Below, one piece after another: positions 16,972 to 26,486 of a DNA stretch of 64,000 nt. A program made the position numbers and the translations under genes. Position 1 is the stretch's first letter. Each line of letters starts with the position of its first letter. This DNA comes from an uncultured Planctomycetales bacterium (GTDB taxonomy: Bacteria > Planctomycetota > Phycisphaerae > UBA1845 > Fen-1342), in NCBI GenBank assembly GCA_964462635.1, contig CAYWYJ010000002.1, forward strand, positions 4,047-68,046, written 5' to 3'. A model generated the notes under the pieces. It saw nothing but the letters and a program-made list of their open reading frames with translations, was not told the origin of the DNA and searched no databases.

Positions 16972-19191
16972 TTACCTCCGCCGCACAAACCACACCCCCA
17001 GCCCCACGACCAGGGCCACCGCCGGCCACACCCCGACCAGCATCCACGGCAGGACGGCCGCGGTGGACTCGCTGAGATTGCTCAGCCGCGGCAGCTCCGC
17101 GCGCCGCGGACCCACCGCGATGCGGTCCGCCTCTCCGGTCAACCAGTGCAGCGCGTTGATGAGCAAGTCGCTATTGGCCGGGTAGAGCGTGCCCAGCACC
17201 AGCGCGTTGCCGACCTGTTGGAGTCCCGTGGCCTGCGCGATGGTGTCGCTCGCGAACAGCTCGCTGCCGAAGACCACGACTTTCTGCCCCGCCTCGTTCG
17301 TCGCGGCCACCGCCAGGGGAAACGGCGCGGCGATGTCGGCCGGGCCCGGCCGGATACCCTGGCGTCGCTTGAGCTGGTCCTCGATCTGATTCAGGTCGCC
17401 GCAGGCCCAGGCGTCCACCGTGTCGCGCAGCTCCGCGACCGTCTCGATGGTCAGGCCCGTCGGCCGGCTCGCCGCCGGGGCCACGCGCAGCGGACAGGCC
17501 AGCACCAGCGCGGCGCGGTCGGTCTTCAGCGGGGCCCCGATGGCATGATCGGTGAAGCGCAGCACATTGTCCGTCGTCAGGAGCTGCGGCTGCCGCCCGG
17601 CGGGGACCCACTCGCCCGGTTTCTCCGGGTGCGGCATGAAGCTCAGGCACAACGCCTGGTTCACCACCTCAATCCCCCACGTCGACTTCAAATAGTCGCC
17701 GAAGTCGTACGGCGGGCCGGCGCCCGGGATGGGGAGTTCCGGCGGACGCCAGCCGGCCATGAACACGGCCCGGCCGGCGGCGGCGACCGCGTTCAGGATG
17801 ATCTGCCGGTCTTCGTCGCTGAGGGTCGGTGGCGGCATTGGGTTGCGCGGATCGCGCGGCGCGGGTTCCGGTGCGAAGATGACGTAGACGGTGCGGGCCG
17901 CCCCCTCGACCGTCGGCGGGGACTTCTCCTCCGCGACGTTCCATTCCGCGGTCTGGAAGTTGGCCTTCTCCAGGAGGTAGTTCAGCTCCTGATACGGCGC
18001 CCGCGGCAACTGCCGCAGGTTCATCATGTTCATCTGGCTGAAATCGGGTGTCAGCAGCGGCGTGCCCCCCACGCGCACGAAGACCACCGCCGTCTTCTCT
18101 TTCTGCGTCAGTTGGAGAATGGCCGACGAGATCGCGGCCTCGCCCGCGAAGACGCGGTCCTCGCCGTCGGGGCCGACCGGGGCGTCGGGGGCGGCGGGCG
18201 TGGGCCACAGGTCCCAGAACGGGATGACACGGGCTTCGCGCTCGCTTTCGACGAGCACGGGCGGACTGGTGCGCCAGCGTGTCAGCCCGTTGTAGAGCTC
18301 CTCGACCTTCACGTCCTTCAGGTCCTTGGTCTGGTCCAGGAGTCCGCGGACGGCGGTGAGCACGGGCTCATAGCGGGCGGAAGCCTGCTGGAAGAACCCG
18401 CGCAGCTCGTCGGGCAACCCGGGCAGCGACAAGCCCTCGCCGCCCATCCACGCCGCCGCGTTTTGCAGCAGCAGTTCCACGTCGCCGAGGTACTGGCGGG
18501 CGTCGCGGACGGCTTGCCCGAACCGCGGCACTTCGCTCTTTTGCAGTTCGTCGAGCGTCCGCACGATGTCCTGCGCGTCGCGGGCGATCTCGCGGAAGTT
18601 GTTGCGGATGATGGCCAGATTGCGCTGCCGCGCCAGCGTCGGCTCGGCCTGCATCAGCTCATCCAGCCGGGCGAACTCCGCGGCCCCCAGCGACTGAACC
18701 TGGCTGTTGACCGGCCCGAAGGCGGCCAGGGCCTCCTGGTGCGGGCGGGCCTCGTCGCGGTAGGCCGGCAGCTCCAGCAACCGCTGGAGCAGCTTGTCGG
18801 TCTCGGCCTTCTGGAGCGACGGGTCCAGCAGGTACGTGCTGACCCGCGCCCCGCCGGCCTGCTCATACAGCTCCAGCAGGTCCTGCAACGCCCGCCGGCG
18901 ACGCTGCCCCAGCACATCGCGCTTGTCCGGCTCGGCAAACACCCCGGTGATGCGGATGTTCAGGTCCAGCCCGCGGAGCAGCTGCACCGAACGCGAGCTC
19001 AGGCTGTTGCGCCCGGTCCCCGTCAGATCCGCTTGCGCCGGGAACCGCCCGCCGAGCCAGATCACCACCACGCACACCAGAACGGCCAGCCCGATCTGCA
19101 CGAGCACGTTGACGCCGAACAGCAGCCGGCGTCGCGGCGCGTCGAGGGGCCGGGGAGCCGCGGGCCCCGTCGTGGGGACGCTTACCGCCAT
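16972..19191 (-). CDS. GldG-like ABC-transport auxiliary component
   Basis: Start chosen at MAVSVPTTGP... (ATG 19191, overlapping the permease stop by 10 nt). It has an N-terminal TM (LLFGVNVLVQIGLAVLVCVVVIWL) and a C-terminal TM (VLPWMLVGVWPAVALVVGLGVWFVRRR). The listed 921-aa ORF extends spuriously into the permease gene. Confidence 0.8.
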   Translation of the reverse strand: MAVSVPTTGPAAPRPLDAPRRRLLFGVNVLVQIGLAVLVCVVVIWLGGRFPAQADLTGTGRNSLSSRSVQLLRGLDLNIRITGVFAEPDKRDVLGQRRRRALQDLLELYEQAGGARVSTYLLDPSLQKAETDKLLQRLLELPAYRDEARPHQEALAAFGPVNSQVQSLGAAEFARLDELMQAEPTLARQRNLAIIRNNFREIARDAQDIVRTLDELQKSEVPRFGQAVRDARQYLGDVELLLQNAAAWMGGEGLSLPGLPDELRGFFQQASARYEPVLTAVRGLLDQTKDLKDVKVEELYNGLTRWRTSPPVLVESEREARVIPFWDLWPTPAAPDAPVGPDGEDRVFAGEAAISSAILQLTQKEKTAVVFVRVGGTPLLTPDFSQMNMMNLRQLPRAPYQELNYLLEKANFQTAEWNVAEEKSPPTVEGAARTVYVIFAPEPAPRDPRNPMPPPTLSDEDRQIILNAVAAAGRAVFMAGWRPPELPIPGAGPPYDFGDYLKSTWGIEVVNQALCLSFMPHPEKPGEWVPAGRQPQLLTTDNVLRFTDHAIGAPLKTDRAALVLACPLRVAPAASRPTGLTIETVAELRDTVDAWACGDLNQIEDQLKRRQGIRPGPADIAAPFPLAVAATNEAGQKVVVFGSELFASDTIAQATGLQQVGNALVLGTLYPANSDLLINALHWLTGEADRIAVGPRRAELPRLSNLSESTAAVLPWMLVGVWPAVALVVGLGVWFVRRR

Positions 19192-19904
19192 CGTCGTGAC
19201 TCCACCACCTTGACCGTAAGGAACAGGAACAACGCCGCGACGGCCAGGAAGAAGACCACCGCGTCGGTTTCGACCTGCCCGCGGGCGAACTGCGCGAAGC
19301 GGCCCATGATGTTGAGCTGGGCCAGGACTTCCCGCTGCCAGCCCTCGAACTGACGCACCAGGTTGTAGACCGACAGCACCAGCAGCATCAGCGGCATGGC
19401 GCCCAGCATCCACGCGACCGCCTGGTCGCGCGTCAGGCTGCTGGCGAACAGGCTGTACGCCGCGAACGCCACCCCGACGAGCACGAGCCCGAGGTACGTC
19501 GCCAGCACCTCGCCCCAATCGGGGTTGCCGAACACTTCCATCAGCAGCGGGTAGACAAGCGTGCCGGCCAGCAGCACGCCGTAGAATCCCAGCGTGGCCA
19601 CATACTTGCCCAGCACCACCGCCGCGTCCGACACCGGGGCGGTCATCAGGGTCTCGAAGGTCCCGCTGCGGTATTCCTCGCTCAGCGCCCGCATCGTCAT
19701 CGCCGGCACCACCAGCGTCAGGACGAACGGCGCCCACATGAAGATGTCCCGCAGCGTGGCCGGCTTGCCGGGGCCGAAGGCCTCCGCGTTCCAGATCGCG
19801 ATCGCCCCCGTCACCAGCCAGAAGCCCGCGAGCACGATGTAGCCGACCGGCGAGCAGAACAGTGACAGCAGTTCGCGTTGTGCAATAGCCAGCGTGTGGC
19901 GCAT
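19182..19904 (-). CDS. ABC-2 type transporter permease (GldF-like)
   Basis: 240 aa polytopic membrane protein between the ATPase and the GldG-like gene. Confidence 0.85.
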   Translation of the reverse strand: MRHTLAIAQRELLSLFCSPVGYIVLAGFWLVTGAIAIWNAEAFGPGKPATLRDIFMWAPFVLTLVVPAMTMRALSEEYRSGTFETLMTAPVSDAAVVLGKYVATLGFYGVLLAGTLVYPLLMEVFGNPDWGEVLATYLGLVLVGVAFAAYSLFASSLTRDQAVAWMLGAMPLMLLVLSVYNLVRQFEGWQREVLAQLNIMGRFAQFARGQVETDAVVFFLAVAALFLFLTVKVVESRRWR

Positions 19905-19928
19905 GGCCGGTCCCTCACCTCCCCGTCA

Positions 19929-20888
19929 CTACGGCCGCGCCGCCCGGGCGGCGAGCACGGCCTTGACAAAGAAGTCCTCCAGCGATGGCAGCTCCTGGTG
20001 CAACTCGCGGACCGCCCACCCGCGGGCCGCTGCCAGTCCCGCCAGCGGCTCCAACGCCTCCCCGGCCGCCGCCGCGTCCACCCGCGCCCAGTCCCCGTTA
20101 GCCGTCGTCCGCACGTCGTGCAGGCCGGGCAGCTTGCGCACCGCGTCGGCCACGTCCCCCGCCGGCGCCTTCAGGACCGCGTGCAGGCGGCGTTGGCCGG
20201 CGGTCTGGGCCTTCAGCTCGTCCACCGTCCCCGCCGCGATCAGCCGCCCCTCGTGAATAATGACGATGCGGTGGCAGATGGCCTCGACCTCGGACAGCGT
20301 GTGGCTGGAGAACAGGATCGGGTGGTCGCCGGACAGCTCGCGGAGCAGGCCCCGCGTCTCCCGCACCTGGGCCGGGTCCAGTCCGACCGTCGGCTCATCC
20401 AGAATCAACACCTTCGGGTTGTGCAGCAGGGCATCCGCCAGCCCCACCCGCTGCCGAAAGCCGCGGGACAACTGCCCAATGGGGCGATCGACGGCGTCCC
20501 GCAGCCAGCAGCGCTCGACGACCCGCGCGATCGCCGCCTCGCGCTGCGAACGGTCGAGCCCGCGCAGCTTCCCGCGGAACCTCAGGTACTCGCGGACGCG
20601 CATTTCGGGATACAGCGGGACCGCTTCCGGTAGGTACCCGACGACCGAACGGACCGCGAGCGATTGGGTCAGGACGTCGTACCCCGCCACCGTCGCCGTA
20701 CCCGAGGTGGGCGGCATGTAGCCCGTGAGGATGCGGATGGTCGTGGTCTTGCCGGCCCCGTTGGGGCCGAGGAAGCCGACGATTGTCCGCTCGGCGACCG
20801 TGAACGAGATGCGGTCCACCGCACACCGGCTCCCGTAGTATTTCGAGAGGTTCCGAACGTCGATCACGCGCAAGTCCTCCCGCGTCAC
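19929..20888 (-). CDS. ABC transporter ATP-binding protein
   Basis: Walker A GPNGAGKTTT, signature LSRGFRQR and Walker B VLILDEPTVGLD. Confidence 0.95.
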   Translation of the reverse strand: MTREDLRVIDVRNLSKYYGSRCAVDRISFTVAERTIVGFLGPNGAGKTTTIRILTGYMPPTSGTATVAGYDVLTQSLAVRSVVGYLPEAVPLYPEMRVREYLRFRGKLRGLDRSQREAAIARVVERCWLRDAVDRPIGQLSRGFRQRVGLADALLHNPKVLILDEPTVGLDPAQVRETRGLLRELSGDHPILFSSHTLSEVEAICHRIVIIHEGRLIAAGTVDELKAQTAGQRRLHAVLKAPAGDVADAVRKLPGLHDVRTTANGDWARVDAAAAGEALEPLAGLAAARGWAVRELHQELPSLEDFFVKAVLAARAARP

Positions 20889-21120
20889 ACGTTCACAGAC
20901 CGGCCCAGACTTCGAGTCCGGTCACGATTCCTGGGGATGCCCGTTCCACACGGGACGCCGGCGGCACCCCTCCCCGGGCCCGTGCGACCCGGGGCGGCTC
21001 GCTGGTGCGAACGAGTGGAGCGATTCTATGGACCCCCGCCGGCCTGTCAAGCAACCACCGGCCCCCGGCACGGGGCGGGCGGCGCGTCCGCTTGCCCCGC
21101 CACGGCGCGCAGCGCGCACG

Positions 21121-24100
21121 TCAGGCGTGGACCGGCCGGGTCGCGTCGGCGTGGCCGGCCGGGGTGGGCACCGTCGCCGCCGACATCGTGGCGGCGCGGG
21201 CGGTGCGCCGGTGCAGCCGGTGACTCAGGTATCGGCCCAGGGCCCGGACGGCCTGGTCGGCGGAGCGGAAGACCGGGACGCCGGCGGCCCGCAGCGCCCG
21301 CACCAGCGCGTCGTACCGCGGCCCGCTGTCCACGCTGACAACCACCGGCTTGCGGGCCTCCGCGAACAGCTTGGGCAGCCGCTCCGCCAGCGAACCGGGT
21401 TTGCCGATCTCGTCCGGCGTCGTGAGCATGGCCGGCGTCAGAGGGACGAACGATGCGACGACGGCGTCCACGTCCGCACTGTCGAGCATTACCCGGACGC
21501 ACTGCTCGTACGCCTCGTCCGTGGCCATTGGCGTCAGGTCGAGCGGGTTGCGGGCGTTGACGAGTGCGTCGAGCTTGAAGCGGCCCAGCACGGCCGAAAG
21601 CTGCTGCTTCGAGGCGTCGGAAAGCGCCCCGATCTCGACCGCGAAATCCGGCCCGAGCACGTTGTCGGCCATGCCGACCGTCTCGAAGCCCGCGTTGCTG
21701 ATGGCCCCGATCCGCGGCCCCTCGGCCGGCTTGGCGTGCAGCGCCGTGGCCAGATCGACGAGCTGCTCGAACTCCTTGAACGTCTCGACGACGATCGCGC
21801 CGGCGTTGGCCGTCGCGGCCTGGCACACGTCGTAGTCGCCGGCGACCGAGGCCGTGTGCCCCGCCGCCGCCGACCGCCCCGACGCCGTCCGCCCCGCCTT
21901 GTAGAAGATCACCGTCTTGCCCGCGTCGGTCAGCCGCCGAATCGCCCGCACCAGATCGAGCCCGTCGTAGTTGTTGAACCCCTCGGCATAGACGGCGATG
22001 ACGTCGATGTCGTGGCGCTCGCCCACCGCCTGCACGCAATCGGCGATGCTCAGGTCGATCTGGTTGCCGAGCGAAATCGTCAGTGCCGGATCGAGCGTCT
22101 CCAGGTTGCTCAGCCGGCTGACGATGAACGCGCCGCTTTGCGACACCAGGGCGACCCGCCGCGGCGGCGCCGTCCAGCGCGTGTCAAGCTTGGCCTGCGG
22201 AATGAAGAACGTGTCGTAATGCCCCGGCCGCGACTGGATGCCCATGCAGTTGGGCCCCAGGAACACGGGGCCGCCGTCGGGCAGCTCGCGGCCGGCGGCG
22301 ATCGCGCTGCGAATCTGCTTCTCGATCTCCTCCGACCCCTCCTTCTCGCCCATGCCGCCGGGGATGACGACCGCGGCCCCGACCTTGCCGCTGGCGATCA
22401 CGTCGCGGGTGATCTGCGGCATGGCGGTAGCGGGGGCGGCGATGACGAGCATGTCCACCGGCTCGGGCAACGCCGCCACGTTCGGCACGCAGCGGACCCC
22501 GTCGATCTGCTGCTCGTTCTCCTTGACCACGTAAAGGTGGTCCGCCGGGAACCCGCAGGTCTTGATGTTGTTCAGGATGATGCGGCCGAAGTTCATCGCC
22601 GTACTGGACACGCCCAGGACGCCGATGGCCCGCGGCTCCAGCAATCGGCGGACCTTCTCGATCGGGCGGACCGCGGGGCGTTTGGCGGCGGGCCCGAGCC
22701 GTCCGCGGCCGTCGAGCGGGACCATGTGCTGCTGGCGGAACGCGAAGGGGTTGACCTCCAGCTCGGCCACGTCCGGGCCTTCGATGCCGCGATCGACGCA
22801 GAAGTGCCGCGCCAGCGAGATGAACGCCCGGAAGCAGCGCAGGAGCTCGCCGTCGGAGACGATCCGCCGGTGGCCGCGCGCCCGCCCCGACAGCACGTCG
22901 TACGCCGCGGTCTGCCGGAACAGCTCCAGGAACTCCTCGGCGGTGGTGTCGGTGGCGCAGGCCTTGGCGACGGCAACGCCGGGGCGCATCTTGCTGGCCA
23001 GGTATTCGGTGTCGATGCCGCCGAGGCCGGCCGCGATGACCGGGCCGAACTCGCGCGTGGCCCGCACGCCGACGAACAGCTCGTTGCCGAAGCCCGGCTG
23101 CGTGCGCTCGACGAACTCGACGACGAGGACGCCCTCGACGCGGGCGGTGCCGGCGTGGCGCTGAATCAGCCGCTCGATCTCGCGGCGGACCACGTCGTGG
23201 CTCTTGGGCACGAAGGCGATGCCGTCGGCGTCGCTCTTGTGGATCACGTCCTGCGAGACGATCTTCAGCACGACGCGATCGCCGGGGAACTGGTCCAGGG
23301 CTTCGTGTGAAATCAGATTGCCGGTGGGGATGAAGACGTAGCGCGGCGGGGAGATCGCGCCGATCAGCTCGATGAGCATGTAGACTTCGTGCTCATAGAG
23401 CGGCCGACGGCCCTCTTCGTACGCCCGTAGTAGCGTCCGTTCGAACGCCGTTGCCTCCGCCCCGGTCAGGCGCGTCTCGCCCGTGTCGAGGTCGTCGAAC
23501 GTGGGTGGGGTCGGCGGCTCTTCCCGGAGCAACGCTTCGATCGGCAGGGTGTCGATCCACGCGCGGACGGCCCGCGACGTGCCGCCGCGCTGCAACCCGT
23601 CGCGGTACGCCGCCGCCGCGTTCCGCCCCAGCCGGAACGCCCGCCGATTCACCTGGATGATCTTCTCGCCCTTGGTGGCGAACATCTCGGCGACGGCGTC
23701 CTCCAGTTCCTGCGGCTCGATCTCCAGGAACAGCGAGCCGGCGCCGAGGGTGACGATGTTGGCCGCCAGGACCGAGCCGGCCGCCTTGGCGAGCCGGTCG
23801 GCGTCCAGCAGGACGTGTCGCGGGAAGGCGGCGATGCGGTCGAGCACCTGCTCGATCGCCGGGTAGTTCTCGATGTTCACGAAGGCGTTGGTGCTGACGA
23901 CCATGACCCCGTCGTCGCGCAGGTACTGGACGTAGCGCAGGGCCTCCAGCGGTTCCACCGAGAAGATCAGGTCCGCCTGGCCCGCCGGGATCAGGTCGCT
24001 GAAGATCGGATGGTCGGCGATGCGCAGGTGTGACTGCACCGCCCCCCCGCGCTGGGCCATGCCGTGCACTTCGGCCTGCTTGAGGTGGAGGTTGCGGCGC

Positions 24101-24180
24101 AGCGCCGCGATGGAGATGGCCCGCGCGATGGACAGGATGCCCTGCCCGCCGACGCCCGCGAGAATGAGGTTCTGTTCCAC
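21121..24180 (-). CDS. Fusion protein: indolepyruvate/2-oxoacid ferredoxin oxidoreductase beta(gamma-like) subunit + ADP-forming acyl-CoA synthetase (ATP-grasp, CoA-binding and ligase-CoA domains)
   Basis: One uninterrupted frame. The N-terminus NLILAGVGGQGILSIARAISIAA...EVHGMAQRGGAVQSHLRI is IorB/POR-gamma-like. An ATP-grasp-like segment follows (YEHEVYMLIELIGI..VVLKIVSQDVIHKSDADGIAFV). Next is a CoA-binding segment (RAIGVLGVSSTAMNFGRIILNNI...VDMLVIAAPA), then VALVSQSGAF and the phospho-His loop AAGHTASVAG. The likely start is GTG at 24180; the upstream ATG at 24276 lies inside a repeat element. Confidence 0.85.
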   Translation of the reverse strand: MEQNLILAGVGGQGILSIARAISIAALRRNLHLKQAEVHGMAQRGGAVQSHLRIADHPIFSDLIPAGQADLIFSVEPLEALRYVQYLRDDGVMVVSTNAFVNIENYPAIEQVLDRIAAFPRHVLLDADRLAKAAGSVLAANIVTLGAGSLFLEIEPQELEDAVAEMFATKGEKIIQVNRRAFRLGRNAAAAYRDGLQRGGTSRAVRAWIDTLPIEALLREEPPTPPTFDDLDTGETRLTGAEATAFERTLLRAYEEGRRPLYEHEVYMLIELIGAISPPRYVFIPTGNLISHEALDQFPGDRVVLKIVSQDVIHKSDADGIAFVPKSHDVVRREIERLIQRHAGTARVEGVLVVEFVERTQPGFGNELFVGVRATREFGPVIAAGLGGIDTEYLASKMRPGVAVAKACATDTTAEEFLELFRQTAAYDVLSGRARGHRRIVSDGELLRCFRAFISLARHFCVDRGIEGPDVAELEVNPFAFRQQHMVPLDGRGRLGPAAKRPAVRPIEKVRRLLEPRAIGVLGVSSTAMNFGRIILNNIKTCGFPADHLYVVKENEQQIDGVRCVPNVAALPEPVDMLVIAAPATAMPQITRDVIASGKVGAAVVIPGGMGEKEGSEEIEKQIRSAIAAGRELPDGGPVFLGPNCMGIQSRPGHYDTFFIPQAKLDTRWTAPPRRVALVSQSGAFIVSRLSNLETLDPALTISLGNQIDLSIADCVQAVGERHDIDVIAVYAEGFNNYDGLDLVRAIRRLTDAGKTVIFYKAGRTASGRSAAAGHTASVAGDYDVCQAATANAGAIVVETFKEFEQLVDLATALHAKPAEGPRIGAISNAGFETVGMADNVLGPDFAVEIGALSDASKQQLSAVLGRFKLDALVNARNPLDLTPMATDEAYEQCVRVMLDSADVDAVVASFVPLTPAMLTTPDEIGKPGSLAERLPKLFAEARKPVVVSVDSGPRYDALVRALRAAGVPVFRSADQAVRALGRYLSHRLHRRTARAATMSAATVPTPAGHADATRPVHA

Positions 24181-24243
24181 GTCACCAACCCTCGGCGACC
24201 CGGTGTCCGGGCCGCGCACCGACTCTCTCTTGACCGCGGATTC

Positions 24244-24423
24244 ACCACAGAGGCACAGAGACGCAGAAAAGAACAATCAGATGCCACTTAGATTGCGGGA
24301 TCCCGCAACAGCTGCGGCGTGCAGCCCGACGGCCGCGAGCGTGGAAGCGCGATAGAGACGAATGGCGTCCGCATTCTCCGTTTCCCTGGTCTCTTCTTCT
24401 CTGCGCCTCTGTGCCTCTGTGGT
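24244..24423. repeat. Nested inverted repeat in the iorA-iorB spacer
   Basis: Arms accacagaggcacagagacgcagaaaagaa (24244-24273) and ttcttctctgcgcctctgtgcctctgtggt (24394-24423) are complementary at 28 of 30 positions. The perfect 16-nt palindrome ttgcgggatcccgcaa (24293-24308) sits inside the 120-nt spacer. Confidence 0.8.
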
Positions 24424-24459
24424 TATCTGTTTCCTCTCTCACGGTGGGGCGCGCGACCG

Positions 24460-26082
24460 TCAGGCCGGCGTCGCCGCCTTGCCCGCCGCCGGCTCCGCCT
24501 TGGCCTTGCGGCGGTTGTGGATGCACTCGCGTTGGGCCACGATGACCGACAGGCCGCGGTGCTCGATCGCCCGCTTGATGGTCTGCACGCTCTGCTCGTG
24601 GTTCTTGGCCAGCGGTTCGAGCAGGTGCATCTGGTCCGGCTTCACGCCCAGGCCGCGGAGCAGGTCGATGAGCTGCTGCCCCGCCGCCATCGTCTCCTGC
24701 CCGCCGGTCATCGCCACCGTGGCATTGTCCAGGACGAAGACGGTGATGTCCGCGTCGGCGCGAATCGCGCCGATCAGCGGGGTCATCCCCGAGTGCGTGA
24801 ACGTCGAGTCGCCGATCGTACACAACACGGGGTACGCCCCCGCCTGGGCCGCCCCGTGCGCCATCGCGATCGACGCCCCCATGTCCACGCACGAGTGGAC
24901 GGCGCGGTACGGCGGCAGCACGCCCAGCGTGTAGCAGCCGATGTCGCTGAACAGGCACGCCTCGGGGTACGACGCCGTCGCGTCGATGATCGCCTTGAAC
25001 GTGTCCGCGTGCGGACAGCCGCGGCACAACGCTGGCGGACGGCCCGTCAGGTCAGTCAGGGCAGTATGGCCGGCGGTATACGGCTGGCCGAGTGCTGTGG
25101 CGACGAGATCGGGCGTGAGTTCGCCGTCGGGCGGCAGCGCCCCGGTCAGCTTGCCCTTCACCGCCTTGCCCGCCAGCCCGAGCAGCCCGTTCAGCCGCTT
25201 CTCCAGGAACGGGTAGCCCTCTTCCACAATCAGGATCTCGTCACAGTGGTTCACGAGCTGGCGGATCAGCTCCACCGGCGGGGGATACGTGCCCAGTTTG
25301 AGCAGCGACAGCTCGTCGCGGCCCGCCAACGCTTCGCCCACGTAATTCGCCGCAATCCCCGCCGCCAGCACCCCGCGTCGCCCCGCCAATCGCAACGTGT
25401 TCAGCGGGTGCTTCTCCGACCACTCCCGAAGCTGTGGTTGCATCTCGATCAGGCGGCGAAATCGCCGGCGGGCGTTGGACGGCACCAGCGTCCAGGCGTT
25501 CGGATCGGGGGCTAGGCGGCGACCGTTGCCGGCGTCCGTCTTCTCGGGCGGCCGGGTGTGTACGTTGGCCCGGCTGTGCGACAGGCGCGTGACGACGCGG
25601 ACCATGACCGGCAGCCCGAACCGCTCGGACACGTCGAACGCTTCACGCGTCAGGTCGTACGCCTCCTGCTGGTTGGCCGGCTCGAAAACGGGAATCTGGG
25701 CGAACTCAGCGTAGTACCGGCTGTCCTGCTCGTTCTGCGACGAGTGCATCCCCGGGTCGTCCGCCACCACCAGCACGATCCCGCCGTTGACCCCCGTCAG
25801 GGCCGAGTTGATGAACGGGTCGGCGGCGACGTTCAGGCCGACGTGCTTCATGGAGACGAGGGCCCGCTTGCCGGCATATGACATGCCGAGGGCTTCCTCG
25901 TAGGCAACCTTCTCGTTGGCCGACCAGCGGGCCCACACGCGGCCGCCGTCCCGCGCCCGCTCCGCGATGAACTCGAAGATCTCCGTGGCCGGGGTGCCGG
26001 GGTAGGAGAACGCTCCGCCAATATGGGCGTGCAAGGCGGCCATGCCGACCGCCTCGTCGCCGAGCAGCAGTTCCACGCTCAT
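24460..26082 (-). CDS. iorA: Indolepyruvate ferredoxin oxidoreductase subunit alpha (TPP-binding)
   Basis: MSVELLLGDEAVGMAALHAHIGGAFSYPGTPATEI, PPALCRGCPH and the TPP motif GDSTFTHSGMTPLIGA....VFVLDNATVAMTGGQ. At 540 aa it ends without an obvious C-terminal CxxCxxCxxxCP ferredoxin domain. Confidence 0.9.
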   Translation of the reverse strand: MSVELLLGDEAVGMAALHAHIGGAFSYPGTPATEIFEFIAERARDGGRVWARWSANEKVAYEEALGMSYAGKRALVSMKHVGLNVAADPFINSALTGVNGGIVLVVADDPGMHSSQNEQDSRYYAEFAQIPVFEPANQQEAYDLTREAFDVSERFGLPVMVRVVTRLSHSRANVHTRPPEKTDAGNGRRLAPDPNAWTLVPSNARRRFRRLIEMQPQLREWSEKHPLNTLRLAGRRGVLAAGIAANYVGEALAGRDELSLLKLGTYPPPVELIRQLVNHCDEILIVEEGYPFLEKRLNGLLGLAGKAVKGKLTGALPPDGELTPDLVATALGQPYTAGHTALTDLTGRPPALCRGCPHADTFKAIIDATASYPEACLFSDIGCYTLGVLPPYRAVHSCVDMGASIAMAHGAAQAGAYPVLCTIGDSTFTHSGMTPLIGAIRADADITVFVLDNATVAMTGGQETMAAGQQLIDLLRGLGVKPDQMHLLEPLAKNHEQSVQTIKRAIEHRGLSVIVAQRECIHNRRKAKAEPAAGKAATPA

Positions 26083-26486
26083 GGCATCGGGCTCCAGTGG
26101 GCCGCCGACCCGCCAGCGGCGGCGAACGATCAGCTCCCGGGCACGCGGCGCCGCGGGGGAGCCGAAAGCTCAGGCTCCTTCAAGATAATGGATGCTGCCC
26201 GTGCGTTCAAACCGTACCGCCGGGGTGCCCGATGCCCGCAAGAGCGTGCTCCTCCACAGGAGGGGGCACCAACGCCCCGCGCGGCCCCGTCGTGCCAGTG
26301 CCCTCGCCGTCAGCTCAGTTCGTGCGCGAGCCGCACAGCCGGGCACCGACCACGCGAACATCGACGGTTCGCCGCTTGTGCTCGGCGGCGTGCGCCTTAT
26401 GATGGTCCCGTATTGGGCCCCGATCGGCGCCCGGTGCCCGCGGGGCAGGTCATCTCCAACGGTCCCTGAGATAAGGAGGACGCCTC

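Noticed and set aside
15346-19353. 1335-aa ORF on the plus strand
   Set aside because: Antisense to the DUF4340 and GldG-like genes, which form a coherent ABC operon. The composition is R/G/P/A/Q-biased and no motifs are recognisable.
19192-19737. Upstream extension of the GldG-like ORF (listed 16972..19737). The valS extension 39339..39431 and the nadB extension 43192..43254 are analogous
   Set aside because: The extensions overlap the upstream gene or lack protein-like sequence. The internal ATGs have better RBS or coupling context and match family N-termini.
24181-24276. Upstream ATG extension of the IorB-ACD ORF (MFFSASLCLCGESAVKRE...)
   Set aside because: The extension is encoded by the left arm of the intergenic inverted repeat. 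IorB homology begins at the GTG-initiated VEQNLILAGVGGQG.
26083-26486. Pho box or riboswitch upstream of the OprO/P-like porin
   Set aside because: No CTGTCAT-type direct repeats or recognisable riboswitch core were seen in the 404-bp divergent spacer. Only candidate -10 hexamers and a strong RBS are present.
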